A stretch of DNA of 31,483 bases from Gammaproteobacteria bacterium (GTDB lineage Bacteria > Pseudomonadota > Gammaproteobacteria > Chromatiales > Chromatiaceae). The notes under the pieces are model-generated. The model saw only the letters and a list, made by a program, of their open reading frames with translations, did not search any database and was not told the origin of the DNA. Shown in pieces: positions 15,703-25,210 of the stretch. The DNA lies in NCBI GenBank assembly GCA_020630035.1, contig JAHDCB010000001.1, forward strand, positions 1-31,483, written 5' to 3'. Every line of letters starts with the position of its first letter. The stretch's first letter is position 1. A program made the position numbers and the translations under genes.

Positions 15703-18700
15703 TTACAGCATCATGCAACCGACATCTGTCCCGGTGCTGGCTAACAAATAGCCATGCTGTGTATTCAGCAGAGCTGCAGGTGGCATCCACCTGGTCTGTG
15801 GTGCAACCGGCCTGGTGGGGTCAAGGCGCGATGCTGGTTGTGATTGTTGTAGCGTGGTATACAGTGGCAACGAAGACAACACATCATCCATCGCAGTCGG
15901 GTGGGCATCATAGCCGGCCATGATCAGACGGCTGATCTTACCCCGGCGCAGGTGACAGGGAACCTGCCTCCATTGGGTGACCTGCAGAGGTGCAACTTGA
16001 GTTGTGGTTTGCAAACTGCCCGCGTCTACATCCACTGCTTGCACCGCAATCTCACCGGAAGTTGATAGTGTCGATGAAGCCTCAATCACTGATGGCCCGG
16101 ATCGCAGCAGATAGTCAGCTACCAGGGTGATATTACCACCGGCACCACCATGTGCATTTGCCTGTATCTGGCTGTTTTCCAGAATCACGAACACCGGGTC
16201 AATCTGAATATCGCCCCCCTTACCATCTCCGCCTTTGACACTGGTGGCGATCCGACTGTCTTGCAAATGTAACAGATCGCGCGTTTCAACCTGGATACCA
16301 CCACCACCGGCATTTTCAGATTCAGTCGTCAGTGCGCTGTTGCCCTGCATCTGAATCTTCTCACCGGTCAGAATCACCAGATGGCCCGCAGTACCAGCGT
16401 CTTCTGCGCCAGAGGTGCTGCCTGAGGTGATTTGTGCGCCGCCCGTCATAAATAACATAGCCGGTTGGCTTTGCTCACCGATCCGGATATCTCCTGCAGC
16501 ACCGGTACCAGCCGTCGATGTCGTGATCTGACTGTTGCCACTCATGTGTAGGGTGCCGCTCAGATCAATCCTGATTTGACCTGCAGCACCAGTTTTTGAG
16601 GCATTTGTAGACGGCTCTGGGGAATTAAGCCCGCTGGTTGATTCGATTCTGGTACCCTCTGCTAACGTCAGGTTATCTGCCTGGATCTGCACTGAGCCGG
16701 CGGTACCCGGGCCATGCGAAGAACTGCTGATCCAGGTTTGCTCGCCACTGAGCCGAATCTGATCATCCGCTGTCAGCCGGACAGAGCCACCTTGGCCGCT
16801 GCCCTCGGTTGCAGCAGTGATCGCTGCTGCATCTGCTAAGGTGATTGTCGGCGCTGTAATCACCAGATCACCACTGTCGCCCGCGTTCGTAGCCACACTG
16901 TCTGCGCCGATAGTGATGCCGCTCTTGTTCAGTATTACCTGCTCGGTGGCCTGCAGTCGAACAGAACCACCCTGGCCGCTGCCCTCGGTTGCAGCGATGA
17001 TCACTGCTTCATCCGCTAAGGTGATCGTCGGTGCCGTAATCACCAGATCACCACTATTGCCCGCATTCGTAGCCACACTTTCTGTGCCGGTAGCGATCAA
17101 GCTCTTGTTCAGCATTACCTGCTTGGTAGCCTGCAGTTGAACAGAGCCACCCTGGCCGCTGCCCTTGGTTATAGCGCTGATCGCTGTCTCATCCGCTAAG
17201 GTGATCGTCGGCGCTGCAATCTCCAGATTACCCCCCTTACCGGCATTTGTGGCCACACTGTCTGTGCCGATAGTGATGCCGCTCTTGTTCAGTATTACTT
17301 GATCGGTGGCTTGCAGTCGAACAGAACCACCCTGGCCGCTGCCCTCGGTTGCAGCGATGATCACTGCCCCATCCGCTAAGGTGATCGTCGGTGCTGTAAT
17401 CACCAGATCACCACTGTTGCCCGCATTCGTAGCCACACTTTCTGTGCCGGTAGCGATCAAGCTCTTGTGCAGCATTACCTGCTCGGTAGCCTGCAGTCGA
17501 ACAGAGCCACCCTGGCCGCTGCCCTCGGTTGCAGCGATGATCGCTGTCTCATCCGCTAAGGTGATCGTCGGCGCTGTAATCACCAGATCACCACTGTTGC
17601 CCGCATTCGTAGCCACACTTTCTGTGCCGATAGTGATGCCGCTATTGTTCAGCATCATCACCTGCTCGGTGGCATTCAGTCGGATAGAGCCACCCTGGCC
17701 GCCACCCTCGGTTGCAGCGGTGATCACTGTCCTATCCGCTAAGGTGATCGTCGGCGCTGCAATCTCCAGATCACCACTGTTGCCCGCATTCGTAGCCACA
17801 CTTTCTGTGTCGGTAGTGATGAAGCTCTTGTTCAGCATTACCTGATCGGTGGCCTGCAGCCGAACAGAGCCACCCTGGCCTCTGCCTTTGGTTGCAGCGA
17901 TGATCGCTGTCTCATCCGCTAAGGTGATCGTCGGTGCTGCAATTACTAGATTGCCACTATTGCCGGCATTCATGGCCTCACTGAGTGTTCCCAAATTGAT
18001 TCTGCTTGCGTTGTTCAGCACCACCTGCTCGGTGGCATTCAGTCGGATAGAGCTGCCCTGGCCAGTACTATTCACAATCGTTGTGATTTGTGAATAAGAA
18101 AATTCAATTGTTTCAGCCTGCAATGCTACGCCATCATGCACTGTTGCATCCATGCCACTGTTGTTATCTGCCCGCAGGAAGCTGTCAGACGCAGTGATCC
18201 TAGCACCTTGTGCTCGTATTCTGCCAAGCGTGGTACTGTTGGCCTGGTTGCTGACGTTGGCCTGGCTATTCTCAAAGATGATATCTGCCGGTGTTGTAGT
18301 GTTATGGATCCGATCCGGTGTGAGTTGCACTTCACCGGCTGAGTCCACCGTAATCAGGTCGACACGTCCACCAGCGGCCTCAAGTTTTGCCTCTGAGGTG
18401 ATTTCGATTTCGCCACCGACCAGGTTGACCGCCTGACCATCAGCGACACGCAACTGGCTGCCATTGATCTGGATTTGGCCAACGCTCGCATCCAGAAAGC
18501 CAAACGCTTCCGGTGCGGCAACAGTCAGGGTCATGTCCTTGTTGGTATCGGCATACAACCGTTGTCCATCTGCCAAGGTGACATAATCAGCTGTGCTCGC
18601 ATGAAAGGCACCGTTCACATCCAGACTGGCGTTTTCGCCCATGACGATGCCGTTCGGATTGACCAGGTACAGGTTCGCGTTGCTGGTGGTGCTTTTGATG

Positions 18701-18993
18701 TTGCCGTCGATCCAGCTCTCGTTCGAGCCGGTCACCCGGCTGATGATGTTTTGGGTATTCGCTGCGGCCTGGAAGTCAGCCGTCTGGCCAGTCTCAACAT
18801 TGAATTCGCGAAAGCTGTGCAACAGGTTGCCGCCTTGGGTGGTGCCACCGGTGATCTCAATGATTTGGTCTTGTAATGTGAGTGTCGTGCCAGCAGTATT
18901 GTCGGCGATCAGCCCGTCGCCCGATGCGGCGGACAGAACATTACTCAGCAGCAGGTTGCTGAGTAGTATCGGAATAGTAGTTTTTGTCAGCAT
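15703..18993 (-). CDS. Filamentous-haemagglutinin N-terminal (TPS) domain exoprotein with beta-helical repeats, 1096 aa
   Basis: Signal-peptide-like N-terminus; NLLHSFREFNV, NIISRVTG and NLYLVNPNGI TPS motifs; Gly/Ser/Thr-rich repeats. Confidence 0.9.
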   Translation of the reverse strand: MLTKTTIPILLSNLLLSNVLSAASGDGLIADNTAGTTLTLQDQIIEITGGTTQGGNLLHSFREFNVETGQTADFQAAANTQNIISRVTGSNESWIDGNIKSTTSNANLYLVNPNGIVMGENASLDVNGAFHASTADYVTLADGQRLYADTNKDMTLTVAAPEAFGFLDASVGQIQINGSQLRVADGQAVNLVGGEIEITSEAKLEAAGGRVDLITVDSAGEVQLTPDRIHNTTTPADIIFENSQANVSNQANSTTLGRIRAQGARITASDSFLRADNNSGMDATVHDGVALQAETIEFSYSQITTIVNSTGQGSSIRLNATEQVVLNNASRINLGTLSEAMNAGNSGNLVIAAPTITLADETAIIAATKGRGQGGSVRLQATDQVMLNKSFITTDTESVATNAGNSGDLEIAAPTITLADRTVITAATEGGGQGGSIRLNATEQVMMLNNSGITIGTESVATNAGNSGDLVITAPTITLADETAIIAATEGSGQGGSVRLQATEQVMLHKSLIATGTESVATNAGNSGDLVITAPTITLADGAVIIAATEGSGQGGSVRLQATDQVILNKSGITIGTDSVATNAGKGGNLEIAAPTITLADETAISAITKGSGQGGSVQLQATKQVMLNKSLIATGTESVATNAGNSGDLVITAPTITLADEAVIIAATEGSGQGGSVRLQATEQVILNKSGITIGADSVATNAGDSGDLVITAPTITLADAAAITAATEGSGQGGSVRLTADDQIRLSGEQTWISSSSHGPGTAGSVQIQADNLTLAEGTRIESTSGLNSPEPSTNASKTGAAGQIRIDLSGTLHMSGNSQITTSTAGTGAAGDIRIGEQSQPAMLFMTGGAQITSGSTSGAEDAGTAGHLVILTGEKIQMQGNSALTTESENAGGGGIQVETRDLLHLQDSRIATSVKGGDGKGGDIQIDPVFVILENSQIQANAHGGAGGNITLVADYLLRSGPSVIEASSTLSTSGEIAVQAVDVDAGSLQTTTQVAPLQVTQWRQVPCHLRRGKISRLIMAGYDAHPTAMDDVLSSLPLYTTLQQSQPASRLDPTRPVAPQTRWMPPAALLNTQHGYLLASTGTDVGCMML
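16789..18063 (-). repeat. Intragenic tandem array: seven 60/61-codon units
   Basis: GQG motifs start at 18055, 17872, 17692, 17509, 17329, 17149, 16969 and 16789 (spacings 183, 180, 183, 180, 180, 180, 180 bp). Consensus is about SGQGGSVRLQATEQVxLNKSxIxxGTESVATNAGNSGDLVITAPTITLADxxxIxAATEG. Confidence 0.93.
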
Positions 18994-19079
18994 GGTGGAC
19001 TACCTTGTGCCATTCAGCAGCTGCGCCCAGAGTGGCGTTATTTTGTAGTATTTTCTGCCAGAAATATTGGATAGTGACG

Positions 19080-20369
19080 TTATGGTGGGCCTACCATCCG
19101 GATTTCGGGATTTTTGCGCAGGCGTGCATCATCTGCCGGGCTCAATCTGACCCGTATCTCCCAGCCACCTGCTGCGGTAGCGGCTTCATGCACGACACTA
19201 CCCAACTGATACAGTTGTGCCCGCAATCGTCCCTGATCCGCAGTTAATTGTATCGTGCTTTGTATCCACCGTTGTGACAGGCGCTCCTGCAGCGCTTGTT
19301 GTAACAGTGCCATGCCTTGATTTTGTTGCGCAGATAGCCAGACTGCTGAGATGGTATCTGTTTGATCCCGGGCGATTTTTGTCACTGGCTGCGCCAGTTG
19401 GTCGACTTTGTTATATACGACCAGCTTCGGTAAAGACGCGGCCCCGATGTCGTCTAAAACCTGCTCGACATCTGCCATCTGTTCGTCCCGATTCGGGCTG
19501 GCAGCATCCACTACATGCAGCAGAATATCTGCCTCCACGACTTCCTGTAGTGTGCTCTTGAAGGCAGCGACCAGATTATGTGGTAGATCAGAGATAAAAC
19601 CGACCGTATCTGCCAGAATAAAGGGTTGATCGTTCGGCAGGTACGCACGACGTAAGGTGGGATCCAGGGTCGCAAACAACTGATCCCGTGCGACCACCTG
19701 TGCCTGAGTCAGCGTATTGAATAGAGTTGATTTGCCGACGTTTGTATAGCCTACCAGAGCAACAGTCGATAGTGACGCTCGCTGGCGTGCCCGGCGTCCC
19801 TGACTGCGTTGATTTTCAACTCGCAGCAACCGCTTGCGAATCTGATTGATGCGTTGCCCCAGCAGGCGGCGGTCGGTTTCCAGTTGTGTTTCACCCGGCC
19901 CACGCAGGCCAATGCCACCCTTTTGGCGTTCCAGGTGTGTCCAGCCACGTACCAGGCGGGTTGCCAGGTGCTCTGACTGTGCCAGTTCAACCTGTAACTT
20001 GCCTTCATGAGATCGGGCGCGTTGCGCAAAAATATCCAGAATCAGCCCGGTACGGTCTAGTACACGACATGATAGAGCTTGTTCCAGGTTGCGCTCCTGG
20101 CTTGGGGTCAGTGCATGATTAAAAATCACCAAGCGGATGTTGGCTGTCTCAATCTGGCGGGCTATTTCTGCAACCTTGCCCGCGCCCAGATAAAGTTTAG
20201 GGTTGGGGTGTCGGCAAGTGACCGTATAGATGCCACAAATTTCAGCACCAGCAGACTGCGCCAGTTCTTGAAATTCATGCAGCCGCGCCATATCCGGCGT
20301 CGTGTGACGCTGACAGGTATGGACGAGTAAGGTCCGGTGATCCGGAGATTGTGGGCGATGCTGCTCCAC
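19080..20369 (-). CDS. hflX: Ribosome-splitting GTPase HflX (GTG start uncertain)
   Basis: LDRTGLILDIFAQRARSHEGKLQVELAQ, GWTHLERQKGGIGLRGPGETQLETDRR, GYTNVGKST, DTVGF and NKVD. Confidence 0.97.
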   Translation of the reverse strand: MEQHRPQSPDHRTLLVHTCQRHTTPDMARLHEFQELAQSAGAEICGIYTVTCRHPNPKLYLGAGKVAEIARQIETANIRLVIFNHALTPSQERNLEQALSCRVLDRTGLILDIFAQRARSHEGKLQVELAQSEHLATRLVRGWTHLERQKGGIGLRGPGETQLETDRRLLGQRINQIRKRLLRVENQRSQGRRARQRASLSTVALVGYTNVGKSTLFNTLTQAQVVARDQLFATLDPTLRRAYLPNDQPFILADTVGFISDLPHNLVAAFKSTLQEVVEADILLHVVDAASPNRDEQMADVEQVLDDIGAASLPKLVVYNKVDQLAQPVTKIARDQTDTISAVWLSAQQNQGMALLQQALQERLSQRWIQSTIQLTADQGRLRAQLYQLGSVVHEAATAAGGWEIRVRLSPADDARLRKNPEIRMVGPP

Positions 20370-20399
20370 GAAGATCAGGTCCCAGTTTCAGATACGAGA

Positions 20400-20424
20400 A
20401 ACTCCCACACAAGGTGTGGGAGTT
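20400..20424 (-). terminator. Strong hairpin between hfq and hflX (candidate intrinsic terminator or processing site)
   Basis: Perfect 11-bp stem 20400-20410/20414-20424 with a 3-nt loop, followed on the minus strand by only a short U-rich run (TTCT after the stem). A second 6-bp stem is at 20443-20460. Confidence 0.55.
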
Positions 20425-20464
20425 CTGCTATCAATCAGGGATGCAGTCGGGACTGACTGCCGCT

Positions 20465-20737
20465 TTAATAGTCGTCCGATGACTCAGCGCCCGATCCATT
20501 CCGCGTATATAAAAACTGCTCGGTAGGAAGATTGTAAGCTGGTACGACGGTTGAGATCGCATGCTTGTAAATGATCTGGCTCGTATGGCTTTTCAGCAAT
20601 ATGACGAACTGATCAAATGATTCAATAGTGCCTTGCAGTTTAATTCCATTAACCAGAAAGATGGATACCGGAATATGTTCTTTACGCAGTGCGTTAAGGA
20701 ATGGATCCTGAAGATTGTGCCCCTTGTTGGGCGCCAT
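20465..20737 (-). CDS. hfq: RNA chaperone Hfq
   Basis: [44 protein letters not shown]...[11 protein letters not shown]; GAGGAG RBS. Confidence 0.98.
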   Translation of the reverse strand: MAPNKGHNLQDPFLNALRKEHIPVSIFLVNGIKLQGTIESFDQFVILLKSHTSQIIYKHAISTVVPAYNLPTEQFLYTRNGSGAESSDDY

Positions 20738-20973
20738 GACGACTCCTCATAGTCAGGGGAACCCCCGAAAATTGCGTGTTCACGATATTTTCAGAGATGC
20801 CCTTAGGTTAAAAAGACAGTATGCCAGCCAGGGGCCTGCTCATTGGGAGCGTTCCCTAAAGCTGACAATGTACTGGTTACTATACACCAGTGATGAGGGC
20901 CACTATGTGGTGACGATTGTCAGCTTTTACAACCCTAAGTTATCAGAAAACCTCCTTTTTTTCTGATAATTAG

Positions 20974-21900
20974 TCAGATGTTGTTACTGAACTGACCAAT
21001 GAGGTGTAATGCACAATCCAATTGTGCTGCTGCTGTTTCCGGTAGCCAGTGCGCTGCTGCTTCAGTTCGTAGCCAGGTTAGTTGGCGTTTCGCCAGTTGC
21101 CGGGTAGCGGCCTCGCTGCGTGTAATCATATCGAAGCGGGTGCCATCACCAGCCAGATAAGCCCACATCTGGCGGTATCCGACTGCGCGCAGGGCCGGGA
21201 GTTCAGGACTTAGTTCAGGATGTGTCATCAGTCTGGCGACTTCTTCTTCCAGACCAAGTGCCAACATACGCGCGAATCGTTCATGGATGCATTGATGCAG
21301 CAGGTCGCGCGTAGTTGGTGTGCAGATCAGGGTCAGGATCTGATAAGGCGCCGGTGGTGTCGGCCGTGTTTGCAACTTGCTCAGAGGTGTCTGCGTTTTA
21401 TACCAGACCTCCAGGGCACGTAACACGCGCTGGCTGTCCTGTACGCGTGCTGCTGTAGCTGGATCGACCCGGGCTAATTCAGTGTGTAAGCCATTCAGGC
21501 CTTGTGTTGTCAGTCGTTGTTGCAGCTTGCGGCGTAATATCGGGTCGGCTGCCGGCAGGGGTGATAAGCCGTCGCGTAGTGCCCGAAAATACAACCCAGT
21601 ACCGCCAACCAGCAATGGTATACGCCCGCGTTGTGTAATATCCGCCATACAACCGAGGGCATCCTGTCGGAATTGTGCGGCTGAATAGGTTTCCGGAATG
21701 TCGCGAATGTCAATCAGGTGATGTGGCACCTGTGTCAGTTCAGTCGGTGTTGGCTTAGCAGTGCCGATATCCATACCGCGATACACTAGTGCGGAATCCA
21801 CGCTGATTATTTCGACCGGCAGACGAGCATATAGCTGCATCGCCAGAGCTGTCTTACCAGAAGCGGTCGGGCCGGTTAAAAAAACCGCCGGCGGCTTCAT
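20974..21900 (-). CDS. miaA: tRNA dimethylallyltransferase
   Basis: GPTASGKT, DSALVYRGMDIGTAKP, LVGGTGLYF, RAVGYRQ and TRQLAKRQLTW. Confidence 0.97.
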   Translation of the reverse strand: MKPPAVFLTGPTASGKTALAMQLYARLPVEIISVDSALVYRGMDIGTAKPTPTELTQVPHHLIDIRDIPETYSAAQFRQDALGCMADITQRGRIPLLVGGTGLYFRALRDGLSPLPAADPILRRKLQQRLTTQGLNGLHTELARVDPATAARVQDSQRVLRALEVWYKTQTPLSKLQTRPTPPAPYQILTLICTPTTRDLLHQCIHERFARMLALGLEEEVARLMTHPELSPELPALRAVGYRQMWAYLAGDGTRFDMITRSEAATRQLAKRQLTWLRTEAAAHWLPETAAAQLDCALHLIGQFSNNI

Positions 21901-23672
21901 CGGCCGCGCAGAAACAGTTTGTCCAGTGCCTGCATGGATACCTGCGTCCAGGTCGGGCGGCCATGATTACATTGCCCGGCCCGTTCTGTGCTCTCAACAT
22001 CGCGTAACAGCGCATTCATTTCGGCCACAGTTAATTGCCGGTTTGCTCGTACGGACGAGTGACAGGCGATGGTTGATAGTACCTGGTTGATATCAGTCTG
22101 CAATCGGTCTGTACGTCCCTGTGCGTTCAGGTCTGCCAACAAGTCGCGTAACAACTTTTCTGCATCAGCATCACCTAGCAGTGCCGGTAATGCGCGGATG
22201 ACCAGACTTTGCTGGCCGATCTGATCAACCACCAGGCCAAGTGTATGGCAGGTTGCCTGGTGTTGCCCGGCCAGATCAGCTTCTCGGGTGCTGACTGCCA
22301 CAGTGACTGGCACCAGCAATGGCTGCGATGGAATGTCCGCAGTTGACTGAGTTTGTTTCAGTCGCTCATAGGTGATACGTTCATGGGCCGCGTGCATATC
22401 GACCAGAATCAGGCCTTGTGCATTCTGCGCCAGAATGTATACGCCATGCAGCTGTGCCAGGGCAAAGCCGAGTGGTGGTATAGCGGCCGACGCTGCGGCT
22501 GGCTCCGGTGTGGGGATATGCGGTGTTACCCGAGGTGGGTCAGGTGGTATTGCTGTTGTTGGTGTACTGGGCCGCTGCCAGTCCAGCGTTGCCTGATAGG
22601 CGGCTGCACCTGGCTCATTGACCTGCCGGGTGGGAGGTGGCGCGACTGCTGGGATGCTGGCGTCTGACTCAGGCTGCGGGCGCTCATCGGCCAGAACCCG
22701 ATGTAAGGTGCGAAAGATAAAATCATGTACCAGTCGGCCTTCGCGAAAGCGGACTTCCTGTTTCGTCGGATGGACATTCACATCCACACAAGTGGGGTTC
22801 AGGGTCAGAAACAGCACATATGCCGGGTGTCGCCCCTGATACAACACATCCTGAAATGCCTGACGTACGGCATGACTGACGACCTTATCGCGCACCAGGC
22901 GCTGATTGACAAAAAAGTATTGCATATCAGTCTGGCTGCGTGAAAAGGTGGCGCGAGCCAGATAGCCGTGCAGTCGCAAACCGGCGGCAGTCTGATCCAG
23001 TGGCAGAGATTGAGCCACAAACTGCTCACCGAGCAGTGCTGCCAGGCGCCGCCGGCGTGCGGGGTCGTCTGTTGCTGCGTCAGCATTAAACACGGTTCGA
23101 GTATTATGTTGTAGTGTAAAGCCGACTTCTGGCCGTGCGACGGCAAAACGGCGTAACATCTGCTCGATATGGCTGAACTCAGTGCGCTCTGTCTTTAAGA
23201 ACTTGCGGCGAGCCGGGATGTTATAGAATAAATCCCGCACCTCAATCGTTGTGCCTACCGGGTGCGCCGCAGGTTTTGGCTCAGATATGTCTGACGTAAT
23301 TTGCCACGCATGATCATCGTCCTGTTCGCAGGATGTCAGCGTCAGACGTGAAACAGCTGCGATGCTGGGCAGCGCCTCACCACGAAAACCCATGCTGCTG
23401 ATCTGTTCCAGATCCTCCAGAGAGGCCACCTTGCTGGTTGCATGGCGCGCCAGTGCTAACGCCAGATCATGCTGATACAGGCCGTGGCCGTTATCACGGA
23501 CACGGATTAGTTTAATGCCGCCTTGTTGGACAGAGACATCAATCTGATCTGCATGCGCGTCTAAACTGTTTTCGACCAGCTCTTTGATGACTGAAGCTGG
23601 CCGTTCGACGACCTCGCCCGCAGCAATCTGATTGATCAGCAGAGAAGGCAAGGTATGGATACGGTTGGGCAT
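21897..23672 (-). CDS. mutL: DNA mismatch repair endonuclease MutL
   Basis: NQIAAGEVVERPASVIKELVENSLDA, GFRGEAL, DVNVHPTKQEVRF, DMHAAHERITYE and CNHGRPT. Confidence 0.98.
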   Translation of the reverse strand: MPNRIHTLPSLLINQIAAGEVVERPASVIKELVENSLDAHADQIDVSVQQGGIKLIRVRDNGHGLYQHDLALALARHATSKVASLEDLEQISSMGFRGEALPSIAAVSRLTLTSCEQDDDHAWQITSDISEPKPAAHPVGTTIEVRDLFYNIPARRKFLKTERTEFSHIEQMLRRFAVARPEVGFTLQHNTRTVFNADAATDDPARRRRLAALLGEQFVAQSLPLDQTAAGLRLHGYLARATFSRSQTDMQYFFVNQRLVRDKVVSHAVRQAFQDVLYQGRHPAYVLFLTLNPTCVDVNVHPTKQEVRFREGRLVHDFIFRTLHRVLADERPQPESDASIPAVAPPPTRQVNEPGAAAYQATLDWQRPSTPTTAIPPDPPRVTPHIPTPEPAAASAAIPPLGFALAQLHGVYILAQNAQGLILVDMHAAHERITYERLKQTQSTADIPSQPLLVPVTVAVSTREADLAGQHQATCHTLGLVVDQIGQQSLVIRALPALLGDADAEKLLRDLLADLNAQGRTDRLQTDINQVLSTIACHSSVRANRQLTVAEMNALLRDVESTERAGQCNHGRPTWTQVSMQALDKLFLRGR

Positions 23673-23835
23673 AATGTGTTACATCATACATCTTGAATTG
23701 GGAGGCTTCTGAAAACTATTCCGCTTGCAAATCCGTCGCTAAAAAATGCTCATGTATGCTGGATACACGACGTTTTTTCGCCTCGTTTTTGCTGTGTTCA
23801 TCGCGTTTTCAGAAGTTCCCTCAGGTTATAAAAAC

Positions 23836-24423
23836 ATGTCGATATTTTCTGCGCTGTATGACAAAGCCATGACCTGGTCACGCCATCCAAAGGCGCCTTG
23901 GGCACTGGCTGGTGTCAGCTTTGCTGAGTCTTCTTTTTTTCTCGTTCCACCGGACGTCATGTTGATGCCGATGAGTCTGGCACAGCCTCATCGAGCACTT
24001 TTTTTTGCAACCCTGACGACCCTGATGTCGGTCCTTGGCGGCATTCTGGGGTACTTTATTGGTTTATGGGCGCTGGATTGGGTGCTCCCTCTGCTGGAAG
24101 GCGGCTATGCTGAGTATTACCAGCAGGCTCGGGGCTGGTTTACTAGCTGGGGCTTCTGGGCAGTGCTGATTGCAGGTTTTTCGCCGGTGCCCTACAAGGT
24201 GTTTACCATTGCCGCCGGCGCAATGCACATGGCGTTTCTGCCGTTTGTTCTGGCCTCTTGTATCGGGCGCGGTGCCCGTTTTTATCTGGTTGCCTTGCTG
24301 ATGGCCTGGGGCGGTACTGGCCTGGAGCATAAGCTACGCCAGTGGGTTGACCGGGTCGGCTGGTTTCTGGTTGCTGTCATTGTGTTGTGGGTCATCATAC
24401 GATATTTCGTACTCAGCCGCTAA
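23836..24423 (+). CDS. YqaA/DedA-family (VTT domain) membrane protein (start reassigned to ATG 23836)
   Basis: SFAESSFFLVPPDVML, GFSPVPYKVFTIAAG and GRGARF motifs. Confidence 0.88.
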   Translation: MSIFSALYDKAMTWSRHPKAPWALAGVSFAESSFFLVPPDVMLMPMSLAQPHRALFFATLTTLMSVLGGILGYFIGLWALDWVLPLLEGGYAEYYQQARGWFTSWGFWAVLIAGFSPVPYKVFTIAAGAMHMAFLPFVLASCIGRGARFYLVALLMAWGGTGLEHKLRQWVDRVGWFLVAVIVLWVIIRYFVLSR

Positions 24424-24436
24424 ATTGCTACGATAA

Positions 24437-25177
24437 ATGGAAAATAATATGCATATTGCGATGTGGACTTGTGCCCGGAGCCGCTCTACCCTACTACTAC
24501 GTGCCTTCCAGCAACATACAAAGTGTCTGGCGCAGGATGAGCCATTGTATGCACCCTACTTATCTGTCGCAGGCTTTGACCACCCAGATCGTGAAACCAT
24601 ACTGGCGCATCATGAAACTGACTACGATGTAGTGATTCAACATATGACAGGCAATTTGCCGCCGGATAAAGATTTTTCTTTTCAGAAACATACGGCAAAT
24701 AATGTGCGTCAGGATAGGGATCTGAGTTGGTTGAAACAGCTCCGAAGCTTTTTTTTGATACGTTCCCCTGCAGAAATTCTTTTATCTAGGCAAGCTATTT
24801 ATCAATCGAAGAAGATTTTCAGGATGAGCGAAGTGGGCCTGGAGGACTTATATCGTTTGTTCTTACAGGTGCAGGAGCTGACCGGCAAAACACCTATTGT
24901 GTTAGATTCTGCTGATTTATTGAAAAACCCTCGTGAGGTGCTACAAAAGCTGAGTCAGTTACTGGGGTTCGCTTTTTCAGAATCCATGCTGTCTTGGTCT
25001 CCAGGTTTGCGAAAAACAGACCCCGCCTGGGCTAGAACCTGGTATCGAACTCTAGAACACTCCACTACTTTTTTACCTTATAGAGATAAAAATATGACAT
25101 TACCGGCTCACCTGGAAATTCTCCATGCAGCTTGTTTGCCATTTTATAACGCACTTTATGCCCAGCGCATACAATAA
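24437..25177 (+). CDS. Sulfotransferase-like P-loop protein (family often fused to branched-chain aminotransferase-like domains)
   Basis: IAMWTCARSRSTLLLRAF, DEPLYAPYL...HPDRE, FQKH, FLIRSP, DSADLLKNP, MLSWSPG and WARTWY pattern. Activity not established. Confidence 0.7.
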   Translation: MENNMHIAMWTCARSRSTLLLRAFQQHTKCLAQDEPLYAPYLSVAGFDHPDRETILAHHETDYDVVIQHMTGNLPPDKDFSFQKHTANNVRQDRDLSWLKQLRSFFLIRSPAEILLSRQAIYQSKKIFRMSEVGLEDLYRLFLQVQELTGKTPIVLDSADLLKNPREVLQKLSQLLGFAFSESMLSWSPGLRKTDPAWARTWYRTLEHSTTFLPYRDKNMTLPAHLEILHAACLPFYNALYAQRIQ

Positions 25178-25210
25178 TTTTAATTTGTACGATACGGATA
25201 CGCTTAAATA

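Noticed and set aside
16789-18063. CRISPR array or second DGR repeat
   Set aside because: The units are in-frame 180/183-bp coding repeats with no unique spacers, and their differences involve all bases.
16817-18097. Plus-strand ORFs over the repeat array (16817-17140, 17306-17845, 17849-18097)
   Set aside because: They are antisense shadows of a repetitive coding strand, with no independent family signal.
20715-20966. 83-aa plus-strand ORF between hfq and miaA
   Set aside because: It overlaps hfq antisense, has no recognisable motif, and the region is better explained as structured leader or promoter DNA.
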